Source: Felis catus | Lineage: Eukaryota | Assembly (NCBI RefSeq): GCF_018350175.1 | Contig: NC_058368.1 | Span: forward strand, 216,134,001-216,198,000 | Length of the DNA: 64,000 bases | Direction of reading: 5' to 3' | Position numbers and translations under genes: made by a program | Notes under the pieces: model-generated | What the model was told of the DNA's origin: nothing | Database searches by the model: none | The model's input: the letters and a program-made list of their open reading frames with translations, nothing else | Shown here: positions 50,348-62,500 of the stretch, in pieces | Layout of the letters: every line of letters starts with the position of its first letter | How positions within the stretch are numbered: position 1 is the first letter of the stretch

Positions 50348-53300
50348 ATGACTCTAAACCCGTATCTTTCTATAATAACACTGAATGTAAATGGATTAAA
50401 TGCGCCAACCAAAAGACATAGGGTATCAGAATGGATACAAAAACAAGACCCATCTATTTGCTGTCTACAAGAGACTCATTTTAGATCTGAGGACACCTTT
50501 AGATTAAGAGTGAGGGGATGGAGAACTATTTATCATGCTACTGGAAGCCAAAAGAAAGCTGGAGTAGCCATACTTATATCAGACAAACTAGACTTTAAAT
50601 TAAAGGCTGTAACAAGAGATGAAGAAGGGCAGTATATAATAATTACAGGGTCTATCCATCAGGAAGAGCTAACAATTATAAATGTCTATGCGGTGAATAC
50701 CGGAGCCCCCAAATATATAAAACAATTACTCACAAACATAAGCAACCTTATTGATAAGAATGTGGTAATTGCAGGGGACTTTAACACCCCACTTACAGAA
50801 ATGGATAGATCATCTAGACACATGGTCAATAAAGAAACAAGGGCCCTGAATGATACATTGGATCAGATGGACTTGACAGATATATTTAGAACTCTGCATG
50901 CAAAGCAACAGAATATACTTTCTTCTCGAGTGCACATGGAACATTCTCCAAGATAGATCACATACTGGGTCACAAAACAGCCCTTCATAAATTTACAAGA
51001 ATTGAAATTATACCATGCATACTTTCAGACCACAATGCTATGAAGCTTGAAATCAACCACAGGAAAAAGTCTGGAAAACCTCCCAAAGCATGGAGGCTAA
51101 AGAACACCCTACTAAAGAATGAGTAGGTCAACCAGGCAATTAGGGAGAAATTAAAAAATATATGGAAACAAACGAAAATGAAAATACAACAATCCAAACA
51201 CTTTGGGATGCAGCGAAGGCAGTCCTGAGAGGAAAATACATTGCAATCCAGGCCTATCTCAAGAAACAAGAAAAATCCCAAATACAAAATCTAACAGCAC
51301 ACCTAAAGGAACTAGAAGCAGAACAGCAAAGGCAGCCTAAACCCAGCAGAAGAAGAGAAATAATAAAGATCAGAGGAGAAATAAACAATATAGAATCTAA
51401 AAAAACTGTAGAGCAGATCAACGAAACCAAGAGTTGGTTTTTGAAAAAATAAACAAAATTGACAAACCTCTAGCCAGTCTTCTCAAAAAGAAAAGGGAGA
51501 TGACCCAAATAGATAAAATCATGAATGAAAATGGAATTACTACAACCAATCCCTCAGAGATACAAACAATTATCAGGGAATACTATGAAAAATTATATGC
51601 CAACAAATTGGACAACCTGGAAGAAATGCACAAATTCCTAAACACCCACACGCTTCCAAAACTCAATCAGGAGGAAACAGAAAGCTTGAACAGACCCATA
51701 ACCAGCGAAGAAATTGAATCGGTTATCAAAAATCTCCCAACAAATAAGAGTCCAGGACCAGATGGCTTCCCAGGGGAGTTCTACCAGACGTTTAAAGCAG
51801 AGATAATACCTATCCTTCTCAAGCTATTCCAAGAAATAGAAAGGGAAGGAAAACTTCCAGACTCATTCTATGAAGCCAGTATTACTTTGATTCCTAAACC
51901 AGACAGAGACCCAGTAACAAAAGAGAACTACAGGCCAATATCCCTGATGAATATGGATGCAAAAATTCTCAATAATATACTAGCAAATCGAATTCAACGG
52001 CATATAAAAAGAATTATTCACCATGATCAAGTGGGATTCATTCCTGGGATGCAGGGCTGGTTCAACATTGGCAAATCAATCAACGTGATACATCACATTA
52101 ATAAAAGAAAAGAGAAGAACCATATGATCCTGTCAATCGATGCAGAAAAGGCCTTTGACAAAATCCAGCACCCTTTCTTAATAAAAACCCTTGAAAAAGT
52201 CGGCATAGAAGGAACATACTTAAACATCATCAAAGCCATTTATGAAAAGCCCACAGCTAACATCATCCTCAATGGGGAAAAACTGAGAGCTGTTTCCCTG
52301 AGATCAGGAACACGACAGGGATGCCCACTCTCACCGCTGTTGTTTAACATAGTGCTGGAAGTTCTAGCATCAGCAATCAGACAACAAAAGGAAATCAAAG
52401 GCATCCAAATTGGCAAAGATGAAGTCAAGCTTTCGCTTTTTGCAGATGCCATGATATTATACATGGAAAATCCGATAGGCTCCACCAAAACTCTGCTAGA
52501 ACTGATACATGAATTCAGCAAAGTTGCAGGATACAGAATCAATGTACAGAAATCAGTTGCATTCTTATACACTAACAATGAAGCAACAGAAAGACAAATA
52601 AAGAAACTGATCCCATTCACAATGGCACCAAGCAGCATAAAATACCTAGGAATAAATCTAACCAAAGATGAAAAGATCTGTATGCTGAAAACTATAGAAA
52701 GCTTATGAAGGTAATTGAAGAAGATTTAAAGAAATGGAAAGACATTCCCAGCTCATGGATTGGAAGAATAAATATTGTCAAAATGTCAATACTACCCAAA
52801 GCTATCTACACATTCAATGCAATCCCAATCAAAATTGCACCAGCATTCTTCTCGAAACTAGAACAAGCAATCCTAAAATTCATATGGAACCACAAAAGGC
52901 CCCGAATAGCCAAAGTAATTTTGAAGAAGAAGACCAAAGCAGGAGGCATCACAATCCCAGACTTTAGCCTCTACTACAAAGCTGTCATCCTCAAGACAGC
53001 ATGGTATTGGCACAAAAACAGACACATAGACCAATGGAATAGAATAGAAACCCCAGAACTAGACCCACAAACGTATGGCCAACTCATCTTTGACAAAGCA
53101 GGAACGAACATCCAATGGAAAAAAGACAGTCTCTTTAACAAATGGTGCTGGGAGAAGTGGACAGCAACATGCAGAAGGTTGAAACTAGACCACTTTCTCA
53201 CACCATTCACAAAAATAAACTCAAAATGCATAAAGGACCTGAATGTGAGACAGGAAACCATCAAAACCTTAGAGGAGAAAGCAGGAAAAGACCTCTCTGA

Positions 53301-54167
53301 CCTCAGCCGTAGCAATCTCTTACTCGACACATCCCCAAAGGCAAGGGAATTAAAAGCAAACGTGAATTACTGGGACCTTATGAAGATAAAAAGCTTCTGC
53401 ACAGCAAAGGAAACAACCAACAAAACTAACAGGCAACCAATGGAATGGGAAAAGATATTTGCAAATGACCTATCGGACAAAGGGCTAGTATCCAAAATGT
53501 ATTAAGAGCTCACCAAACTCCACACCCGAAAAACAAATAACCCAGTGAAGAAATGGGCAGAAAACATGAAAAGACACTTTTCTAAAGAAGACATCCAGAT
53601 GGCCAACAGGCACATGAAAAGATGTTCAACATCGCTACTCATCAGGGAAATACAAATCAAAACCACACTCAGATATCACCTCACGCCAGTCAGAGTGGCC
53701 AAAATGAACAAATCAGGAGACTATAGATGCTGGAGAGGATGTGGAGAAACGGGAACCCTCTTGCACTGTTGGTGGGAATGCAAATTGGTGCAGCTGCTCT
53801 GGAAAGCAGTGTGGAGGTTCCTCAGAAAATTAAAAATAGACCTACCCTATGACCCAGCAATAGCACTGCTAGGAATTTACCCAAGGGATACAGGAGTACT
53901 GATGCATAGGGCACTCGTACCCCAATGTTTATAGCAGCACTCTTAACAATAGCCAAATTATGGAAAGAGCCTAAATGTCCATCAACTGATGAATGGATAA
54001 AGAAATTGTGGTTTATATACACAATGGAGTACTACATGGCAATGAGAAAGCACTAAATATGGCCTTTTGTAGCAACGTGGATGGAACTGGAGAGTGTGAT
54101 GCTAAGTGAAATAAGCCAGACAGAGAAAGACATATACCATATGGTTTCACTCTAATGTGGATCCTGA
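50348..54167 (+). pseudogene. L1 ORF2p (copy B), disrupted
   Basis: EN and RT motifs (QGCPLSP intact). Frameshifts at ~50900, ~51145, ~51440 and ~52670, TAG at 51124, stop at 53503, and FADD altered to FADA (52439-52450). Confidence 0.95.
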
Positions 54168-54574
54168 GAAACTTAACAGAAACCCATGGGGGAAGGGAAG
54201 GAAAAAAAAAAGAGGTTAGAGTGGGAGAGAGCCAAAGCATAAGGGACTGTTAAAAACTGAGAACAAACTGAGGGTTGATGGGGGGTGGGAGGGAGGGGAG
54301 GGTGGGTGATGGGTATTGAGGAGGGCACCTTTTGGGATGAGCACTGGGTGTTGTATGGAAACCAATTTGACAATAAATTTCATATATAAAAAAAAACAAA
54401 TTAAAAAAAATTTACCCGTATAGGACTTCTTTCAGTTTGTGCACATATGTAACACTAGCATAGCACAAAGGTACTAGAAGCGTCTAAGAACCATAAATAG
54501 AATATGTTCAGCTATTTAAGGCTATCTGCCCCTCAGCCTGTTTGTCTAAAGACCCAATGATGTAGTATTTTTCG

Positions 54575-55010
54575 TAAGTAGAATATTACTACCCACCCCT
54601 GCCTCCAAAATCCGCACCCTGGTCTTTGAAACCTGTGATTATATTCCCTAAAGTGGCTAACAGAACATGGCATATCTAATTAAACTAAGACTTTGCAATG
54701 GAGAGATTATTCTAGATTATTGGAGTAGGCCCAGCGTAATCCTAAGGGGAAGTCGGGAGGGTAGGAGTGAGAGAAAGAGAAGAAACAGAGGTGGATGATA
54801 AGGGGCATGAGCCAGGGAATGTGGGCTGCTTCTAAAAACCGCATAAAACAAGAAGATTGATTCTTCCCCCAGAGAATCTAGAAGGGAAATCACTTTGCCA
54901 ATACCTTGATCTTAAACATTCTAAATTCCAACGTTATAAAGTAATACATTTGCATTATTTTTAACACAAGGATTTTCTGATAATTTATTAAAGCAGTAAC
55001 ACAAAACAAA
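54575..55010 (+). mobile_element. MLT1D-like MaLR LTR
   Basis: atggagagattattctagattatt..gccatgagccagggaatgtgggctgcttcta-like..gattcttcccccagagaatctagaagg. Confidence 0.8.
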
Positions 55011-55244
55011 TAAGATATTTAAGAACAAGAAGGCAGGATGAATTTTAGAGCCATATATAAAGGACTGCAAACAATTATCATTCTTAATTCTAAAATATCT
55101 TCATTTATTCTATTGGCTTCATCTATTCTATTAGCTATTCTATTAGCTATTAGCTATCAGAATTTTCCCGATTTATTTTCTGTTTCAAGCAATGCCTATT
55201 TTTGTTACTAGTTAGGGTCTTTGTTACTACTAACTTTGGAAGTT

Positions 55245-55615
55245 AGATGTGACTTTCCAGTCTTTCCAATCCATAGGTGGTGTCTACTTCCTCATTCACT
55301 GAATACTTCTTTAGTAACAGAAATGTGATTGAATCTGGTTTTGCAATGGAAATATGCTCAGGCCAGCCTAAGAGAGGCATGGAGCAGAGAAGAGGAATTG
55401 TAGCGGAGATCAACCAAAACAGGTTATCCCTTTGCCAACCCATCTGAAACACTGTAGAAGCTTGAGGACTCTCAGCTCAAATTAGCCAAGACCAGGAGAA
55501 TAGATTAAACTAGTCCCAAATTAAATTGCCAAGCAACAGAATCCTAGGCAAAATTATTGTTTTACCCCACAAATAATTAGTGTTATTTGTTACAAAGCAG
55601 TAACTGGCTACTACA
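55245..55615 (+). mobile_element. Old MLT1-type LTR fragment
   Basis: 3' end ttattgttttaccccac..gttatttgttacaaagcagtaactggctactaca. Confidence 0.5.
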
Positions 55616-55889
55616 CTTGTTTCTCCATGAAAACCATGAGATGTAAATGCTCAGGATTCTAAGAGGACTGAGAAAAGAATGCAGCTTCCAAGGATGGTGT
55701 ATTTCCAATGCCTACCATAAATACGGCCTCCAAATGTTTGGATGTAACACAGATTTTTTGTGAGAAATCAACTTCAATATGATCAGCTTCTGGTATGTCA
55801 GATATGTTTGTCATAACACAGCCTGTTCACCTTCACTTTTAAAGGTGTAGACAGAATTACAGATGGAATTTGTCATAAATATACTACAA

Positions 55890-56090
55890 TAAAGATGGCC
55901 AGCATCTATTGACATCTTACTGTTTGTCAAGAACTATTCTAAGGGCTTCCTTCAGATTTCTAAATGCTTTTAGTGTCCTCAAAATCTATATGAGTTATAC
56001 GTTATGATTATTTTCACTTTGAAGACACAGAGACTGAAGTATAGGAGAGTAATTAAACTACCTAAGATTACATGACTTATAATTGCTAGG
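55890..56090 (-). mobile_element. MIR fragment
   Basis: attattttcactttgaagacacagagactgaagt..taaactacctaagattaca. Similar MIR-like debris at ~15500-15650, ~23000-23190 and ~34490-34660. Confidence 0.55.
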
Positions 56091-56352
56091 GCCAATAATT
56101 GATAAGTAAAATAAAAGTGTATTTTTAATTAATCTGCCACAACATTTGTCTTAAAAACAAAATAAATAAATAAAAGTTAGTTGGGTTCTAATTGTTTGCT
56201 TCCAGTCAGTTCCACACACAATGGCCACATCTAGAGTCTGTATTAGATATCATTATGAGCTCAATTTACTCATCTTTTTAGCCCATATTGCTTTCTCTTG
56301 ACTTCATGGCAATTACTTGGAGCCTATAGGGCTTCAATGTAAAGATAATACA

Positions 56353-56788
56353 CTGTTGTGGATTGAATCTCACTCCCCAAAATGTATGCTCAATTCTTAA
56401 TTATCAATGTGTGATTTCAATTGGAAACAGAGTCATTGCAGATAGAATTAAGATGTAAGTCAAAAAGAGGTCTTAAGATTCAGGACTTGTCCAAAATCTA
56501 ATCGCTGATGGTCTTAGAAGAAGAGACCAGAGACACACAGAGATAATGGCATGTGAAAACAGAGGCAAAGATTGGAGTTTCGAATCTACTTAATAAGGAT
56601 TGTCATCCTACTGGGAACTGAGAGACAAGCATGGAACATGGTATCCCTCAGAGCTTCCAGAAGGCACTAATCTTGTTGATACTTTGTTGATTTTGGACTT
56701 CTAGCCTCTAGAACTGTAGGAGAATAAATTCTTTGTTTTAAGCCACTTTGCAGTATGTTGTTATGACAGCCTTAGGAAACTAATATAA
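56353..56788 (+). mobile_element. MLT1B/C-like MaLR LTR
   Basis: ttggaaacagagtcattgcagat..atgtgaaaacagaggcaaagattggagt..ttttggacttctagcctctagaactg..gcagtatgttgttatgacagccttaggaaactaata. Confidence 0.88.
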
Positions 56789-56902
56789 TACCCTTGACCT
56801 AAACTTTGTCATAAGTATTTTTATTCAAGCAATTTCATTTAGCACCAGTCCTTGGACTAATAATCCTTGCAATTTAGGCATATACTAGACTGAAGTATTT
56901 TT

Positions 56903-57114
56903 TTTTTTCTATTCATTTACTTTTGAGAGAGAGAGAGAGAGACAGAGAGTGAACAGGAGAGGGGCAGAGAGAAAGGGAGAGACAGAATCTGAAGAAGGTT
57001 CCAAGCTCTGAGCTGTCAGCATAGAGCTGGACATGGGGCTTGAACTCACCAAACATGAGATCATGACCTGAGCTGAAGTTGGTTGTTTAACTGACTGAGT
57101 CTCCCAGGTGCCCC
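56903..57114 (-). mobile_element. CanSINE
   Basis: Full body; TSD tgaagtattttt at 56891-56902 / 57115-57126. Confidence 0.95.
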
Positions 57115-57494
57115 TGAAGTATTTTTCATTCAAACCTCACTTAAACCTTTTATCTTCTGGGGACTAAAAGTAGTCAGCTGTGTAACCTGTCTTTACTTCC
57201 TTTGCTTTCTGTTTGCAAATTGTACCATTTTTCCCCCCCTGAGGTCATGTATTTCTTGCAATATTTTGTCAGATGCAGCCAATAGCGACAGGCATTTTTT
57301 CCACCTCAACTTCTGTTTTCCAGCATTTATCTCTAAAGTTTTAGTTTTAGTAGTTCTATATGATTCTTGCAACTTGATCAGACAACAAAATTAGTAAATA
57401 TTTTGTTCACAGCATTACATTAAAACACTCTGCCAGCCTCAGTGATTGCTTCCCTTGCTCTTAACCTCTCCAAAGACATAAGGGGAGAGTTCCT

Positions 57495-57652
57495 TTGATT
57501 CTGTCTTATAAGGACACTAATCCTATTCCCAAGAGCTCCACCCTCATGACCTAGCTACTTCCCAGAGTCCCCACTTTCTAATACCATCACACTGACAGTT
57601 AGGATTTCAACATATGAATTTTGAAGGGACACAAACATTCTATCCATAGCAG
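57495..57652 (-). mobile_element. MLT1A-like LTR fragment
   Basis: cttataaggacactaatcc..ccaccctcatgacct..taggatttcaacatatgaattttgaagggacacaaacattc; antisense match to the LTR at 16549. Confidence 0.82.
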
Positions 57653-57911
57653 TTCTGCTAACTAAAATGATGTTGGGAAGTAAGGACCCCTGTACATCAT
57701 CCAAATTGAAAGGAAGCACAATAGTAGTGAACACTGGTAACGTCTATCCAAATATATCTATGTAAGGATACATTTAATTGCTATTTCTGATTGACAGATG
57801 AAGCTTTATAAAATTTAAAGGAAAAAATAAATAAAAAATCAAGCATCTAAAATATAGCAACAGAAATTCTGGTCATTTTGTGAATTTGATAAATAGCTTT
57901 CAATATTTGAA

Positions 57912-58110
57912 TTTTTTAAAATTTTACTTTACAGAGAGATAGTGGGGGAGATGGACAGAGGGGAAGAGAGAGAGAGAGAGAGAAATCTCAGGCAGGATCC
58001 CATGCCCACCATGGAGCCTGATGCAGAGCTCAATCCCATGACCCTGAGATCATGACCTGAACCAAAATCAAAAGTCAGATCCTCTACTAATGGAGACACC
58101 CAGGTGTCCC
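57912..58110 (-). mobile_element. CanSINE (older subfamily)
   Basis: ctcaatcccatgaccctgagatcatgacctga..cacccaggtgtccc; degenerate TSD ctttcaatatt. Confidence 0.9.
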
Positions 58111-58300
58111 TAACTTTTCAATATTATAAACATTTGCTAACATGGCTCATATCTTAGAATTCCACAGTAAATATTTTACTGTATGGTCTGAATAGGAAAT
58201 TATATAAAATAGAAAATTAGTGTCATATCTAAACTATACATGTGTGTGCAATTCACCAAACAGAAGTATATCACCATACATTAAAATATATGTAAATATA

Positions 58301-58521
58301 GGGGCGCCTGGGTGGCTCAGTCGGTTGAGCGTCCGACTTCACCTCAGGTCACGATCTCACGGTCTGTGAGTTCGAGCCCCGCGTCGGGCTCTGGGCTGAT
58401 GGCTCAGAGCCTGGAGCCTGCTTCTGATTCTGTGTCTCCCTCTCTCTCTGCCCCTCCCCTGTTCAAGCTCTGTCTCTCCCTGTCTCAAAAATAAATAAAC
58501 ATTTAAAAAAAATAAAAAAAA
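58301..58521 (+). mobile_element. Young felid CanSINE (SINEC_Fc-like)
   Basis: Perfect TSD taaaatatatgtaaatata at 58282-58300 / 58522-58540. Confidence 0.97.
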
Positions 58522-59509
58522 TAAAATATATGTAAATATAGATTTGTTTATTGTATATAATATGACATAACATAATAACATGACATGCACAATATTACAA
58601 TATAAGGTATTCTTCATTCTAGCTCTGGGTTTGTGTGTGTGTGCACGCCCTGCTGAATTTCTTGGAATACATGGCAAATTTAAGGTGGAATCTAGGAGGA
58701 AGATTAGTCAAATACAATGGCACACACTTCCAGATGTCTTGTCCCAAGGGCTGTTTGATCTGACTGCAGCACATAAGGGACAGAGCTAGGACTCTATGCA
58801 TCATTTATGTTGGATTATATTTACAAAGACCAGACTGAACTTCTGAATGATCCTATTGAAAAGAATGTTGCTACTTTCTCAACATCTGCTCAAAGAAATT
58901 TGCATAGATACCACATGTGCAAATAGCAGATAAAGCTTCAGACACCTCAGACATTTTAAACTAAATTTTGTACAATGCTTCCTAACTGAACCAACTGAAC
59001 TAGAGGCCCTACTTTGATAGTCTTTCAGTCCTAAGGGAAATTCTACCTCTTCTATTATTTCGAGGAATCTTACAATTGAAAAATATGGTAAAGTTACTTG
59101 AAAATAAGAGAAAATAAGTTTGATAACAGAGACTTCGTGCAAAAAGTGTAAACAAAAGCAAAAATGAATCAATCAAAAATCTTACATATGAGATAGTCTA
59201 ATGAGGATGAGTAAAAAAAAGTCTTTGTTTTTTGGAGTTTTAGTAACTAAGAGAGAAGTATTCCAGGCAGTTATTAAATGAAATGTGCCATTTAAAAGGA
59301 TTAGAAGCATATTGTTTAAAATTATTTAAAAAGGCCACTTTGGCATGAATGGAATTTGATATTGCTGTTTGCACATCAGTGAAACGATATGCCACATTTT
59401 GTGAAGACATGACCCGAAACGTTTCCTTTTTTATGGCTTCATCGTTTTACTTTGTGAAATTTGTCAGGGCAGATGGAGTGGGAGAGGGGACGCAGCGTCC
59501 CTTGTTTCG

Positions 59510-59880
59510 GTCAGACAGAGAAAGATAGATATCATATGCTTTCACTCATATGTGACACTTGAGAAACTTAACAGAAGACCATGGGGAAAGGGAAGGGAAA
59601 AAATAGTTTCAAACTGAGAGGGAGGCAAACCATAAAAGACTCTAAATACAGAGACCAAGCTGAGGGTTGATGGGGTGGTAGGGAAGGGGGTAAATGGGTG
59701 ATGGGCATTGGAGGAGGGCACTTGCTGGGATGAGCACTGGGTGTTGTATGTAAGCGATGAATCATGGGGATCTACTCCCGAAGCCAAGAGCACACTGTAT
59801 ACGCTGTAAGTTAGCTAACTTGACAATAAACTACATACATATATAAAAAAAATAGTAATTAAATTTAATTTAATTTAAAA
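59510..59880 (+). mobile_element. 5'-truncated feliform L1 3' end (subfamily different from copies A and B)
   Basis: cagagaaagatagatatcatatg..gagcactgggtgttgtatgtaagcgatgaatcatggg..ttgacaataaa and A-rich tail. Confidence 0.9.
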
Positions 59881-60766
59881 AAAGGATCAGTTGCTTTCTT
59901 TAGTGATTTCCTACCACTTTGAAGTGTTTAATTATAAAGTAGAAATATTCTTAAATTTCCAAGACTTAACATGCAAACTTACAGAGCATTTTATAAAATA
60001 ATCACACCCAACATTCATTAAATCCCCAAATATGAATCATGTTTTAACAGAATATAGAAGACTTTTTATTATGATTCATTCATATTATTTTCTAAATTTG
60101 CAAAAAAGTCAATATTTTATTTATGTAAGTTTCCTCAGAACACATGTATTTTTATAAAGTGAAAAAAATAGCAGAACAGGAATGGAAGGAGTTCATATTT
60201 CAGCATAAGAAACAGTGATATATAATCTTTCTTGTAACCATGTTTTTCTGTTCTAAATAGATTATCTCAATAATGCATAACAATAACAAATAATAGAAAT
60301 ATTTTTAATGCTTTGATTTTTAAAAATATTAAAAATTAGCAATAGCTAATGTCTATATAAAATTCAACATTTCAATGGGGGTATATTCTTGTAAAAAAGG
60401 ACAATTATATGAACATTTAAAAACATGTTTCTCTGTATACAAAATTATAATTTTATACATTGCAGTATTTCCACATAAAATTATTAAAAAATAACTTACA
60501 TTCTGTAAATATTTTGTGTCTTTCAAACGAAAGTGTGAGCCTATGAATACCTATAAATCATACTATATTTTTAAAAATAATGTAATTTAATTTTTGTTTG
60601 TTTGGTTTACTTTTTCTAAAGGGATCACCCTTTCTAGACTATTGTCTTTATATACTGAGCACTATTCAATATGCCCCAAATATCCTGACATATAGTTCCT
60701 ATCCCATTGTGCATTTAAAGCCTAAAATCAATAGTCATGATTTTATGTCTATTCACTACTGTAGGC

Positions 60767-60953
60767 TCCCCTCCCTCCCTTCCTTCCTACCTTCCTACTT
60801 TCCTTCCTTCCTTCCTTCCTTCCTTCCTTCCTTCCTTCTTTCCTTCCTTCCTTCCTTCTTCTCTTTCCCTTTCTCTCTTTTTCTCTCCCTCTTCTTTCTT
60901 CCTTCCTTCCTTCCTTCCTTCCTTCCTTCCTTCCTTCCTTCCTTCCTTCCTTC

Positions 60954-60997
<44 letters not shown>

Positions 60998-61055
60998 TCC
61001 CCCTTCCTTCCATTTCTATCTTTTCTTCTTTCCTCCTTTATCTCTCTTTCTCTCT
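60767..61055. repeat. Compound (TTCC)n/(TTTC)n polypyrimidine microsatellite
   Basis: About 290 bp of almost pure pyrimidine, located at the tail position of the adjacent minus-strand L1. Confidence 0.97.
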
Positions 61056-61825
61056 TAAATATAGGTAAATCAAACATAGCACAAAATTTACCATCTTAAT
61101 CATTTTAATCATTCAGTTCAGTAGTGTTAAATATTCACGTTGCTGTGAAACCAATTTGTAGAACTTTATCATCTTGCACAACTGACACTCGATACTGATT
61201 GAACAACTCCCCATTTCCCCCTCCCTCTGAGGGAAATGTCTCAATGAACTTGAATACCGTAGGTATCTTGTATAAGTGGAATCATACAATTTTTATTTTC
61301 TTTTCTGAATGACATGTTTCATTAAACATAATTTCCTCAAGATTCATTCATGCAGCATGTTTCAGAACCGCCTTCCTTTTTATGGCTGAATAATATTCCA
61401 TTATATGTGTATACCACGTTTTATTTATTCATTGACCCATTGAAAGACATTTGTTTGGCTTCATATTTTGACTATTATAAATAGTGCTGCTATGAACAGG
61501 GTTGGGCAAATATCTCTTTGAGATTCTGTTTTCATTCTTTCAGAAATATACCCAAAAGTGGAATTGCTGGAATATGTAATACTTATGTTTTTTAATTTTT
61601 GAGTCATTGTCATATGGTTTTTACATAATGGCTACGCCATTTTGCATCCCCACCAAGAGTGCATAACCTTTCCAATTTTTCCACATTTTTAACAACACAT
61701 TATTTTCTAGTTGTATTTTTGATAGTAGCCATCTTAATGGTTATGCAATGATGCATCATTTGATTTTGATTTGCATTTATCTAAGGATTTGTGTTATTGA
61801 ACATCTTTCATTTACTTGTTGACCT
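61056..61825 (-). mobile_element. Old L1MB-like 3' fragment
   Basis: aaaattttaccatcttaatcattttaa..ttccttttttatggctgaataatattccatt..gctgctatgaaca..ttttgatagtagccatc..ttttgatttgcattt. Confidence 0.88.
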
Positions 61826-62019
61826 CCATACATTCCTGCTTCTAATCCCAGAGATGCATTAAAAATGTATTTTCCTATATATGTGTGTTATGTGGCTCCC
61901 AGACTAATGATATGGATATTTTCGACTAGCAATGCCTAAGTGCACTCACCTAGGCCCTTTTTAATCACAGAAAGCCCCACAGACATTCTCCCACCACCAT
62001 GGCATTGATGTCGTGGATG

Positions 62020-62500
62020 GTTCGTCCTTGTGGTTTTTATTATGATTGAGCGATGTACCTCAGCAAAACCATCGGGTGATTTTGAAGAACAACACTTAGT
62101 AGTCACAAGTCCTAGAGGGTACACAGCACACTTTAGGGCCACACAGTGAGGTCTAAAGGTAGAGAGAGGGAGGGAGGGAACAAGGACTGGGGCTCTGCCT
62201 TTATTAGGGCCAGAGAGGGGAGTGCCTAGGGTTTAATAGGTTCACTCTTTATTGGCAAATTTAAAGCATACGAGCGATAACTGAAGTTAAGGAGTAGGAA
62301 GGGAAATGCAAAGTCATTCAAGAGTTCAATTATCTAGGTTATCCAGGGCTCTTGAAAAGGGGAACTTTATTGGCAGTGGTGATAAACAACTTGATAAATA
62401 AAGTGATAACTCTGTTATCAGCTTGATTCCTGATCTAGTTTTATGTTAGTAGCTGTGTCATACAGCTGGCAATATGTTCATTCAAGATGGATGTCTAGAA
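62020..62500 (-). mobile_element. Probable ERVL-type LTR remnant
   Basis: cacaagtcctagagggtacacagcaca..ggggctctgcctttattagggc resembles antisense ERVL LTR R/TATA regions; boundaries uncertain. Confidence 0.4.

Larger units (their letters stand above)
48475..54402 (+). mobile_element. Full-length felid LINE-1 (copy B), inactive
   Basis: Same architecture as copy A. Perfect 14-bp TSD aaaaaaaatttacc at 48461-48474 / 54403-54416, with AATAAA and A tail. Confidence 0.98.

Noticed and set aside
4641..54402. Segmental duplication explaining the two similar L1s
   Set aside because: Similarity ends at the element boundaries and the TSDs differ.
60598..61099. Long ORFs with PSFL/ERKK repeats
   Set aside because: Translations of tetranucleotide microsatellite.
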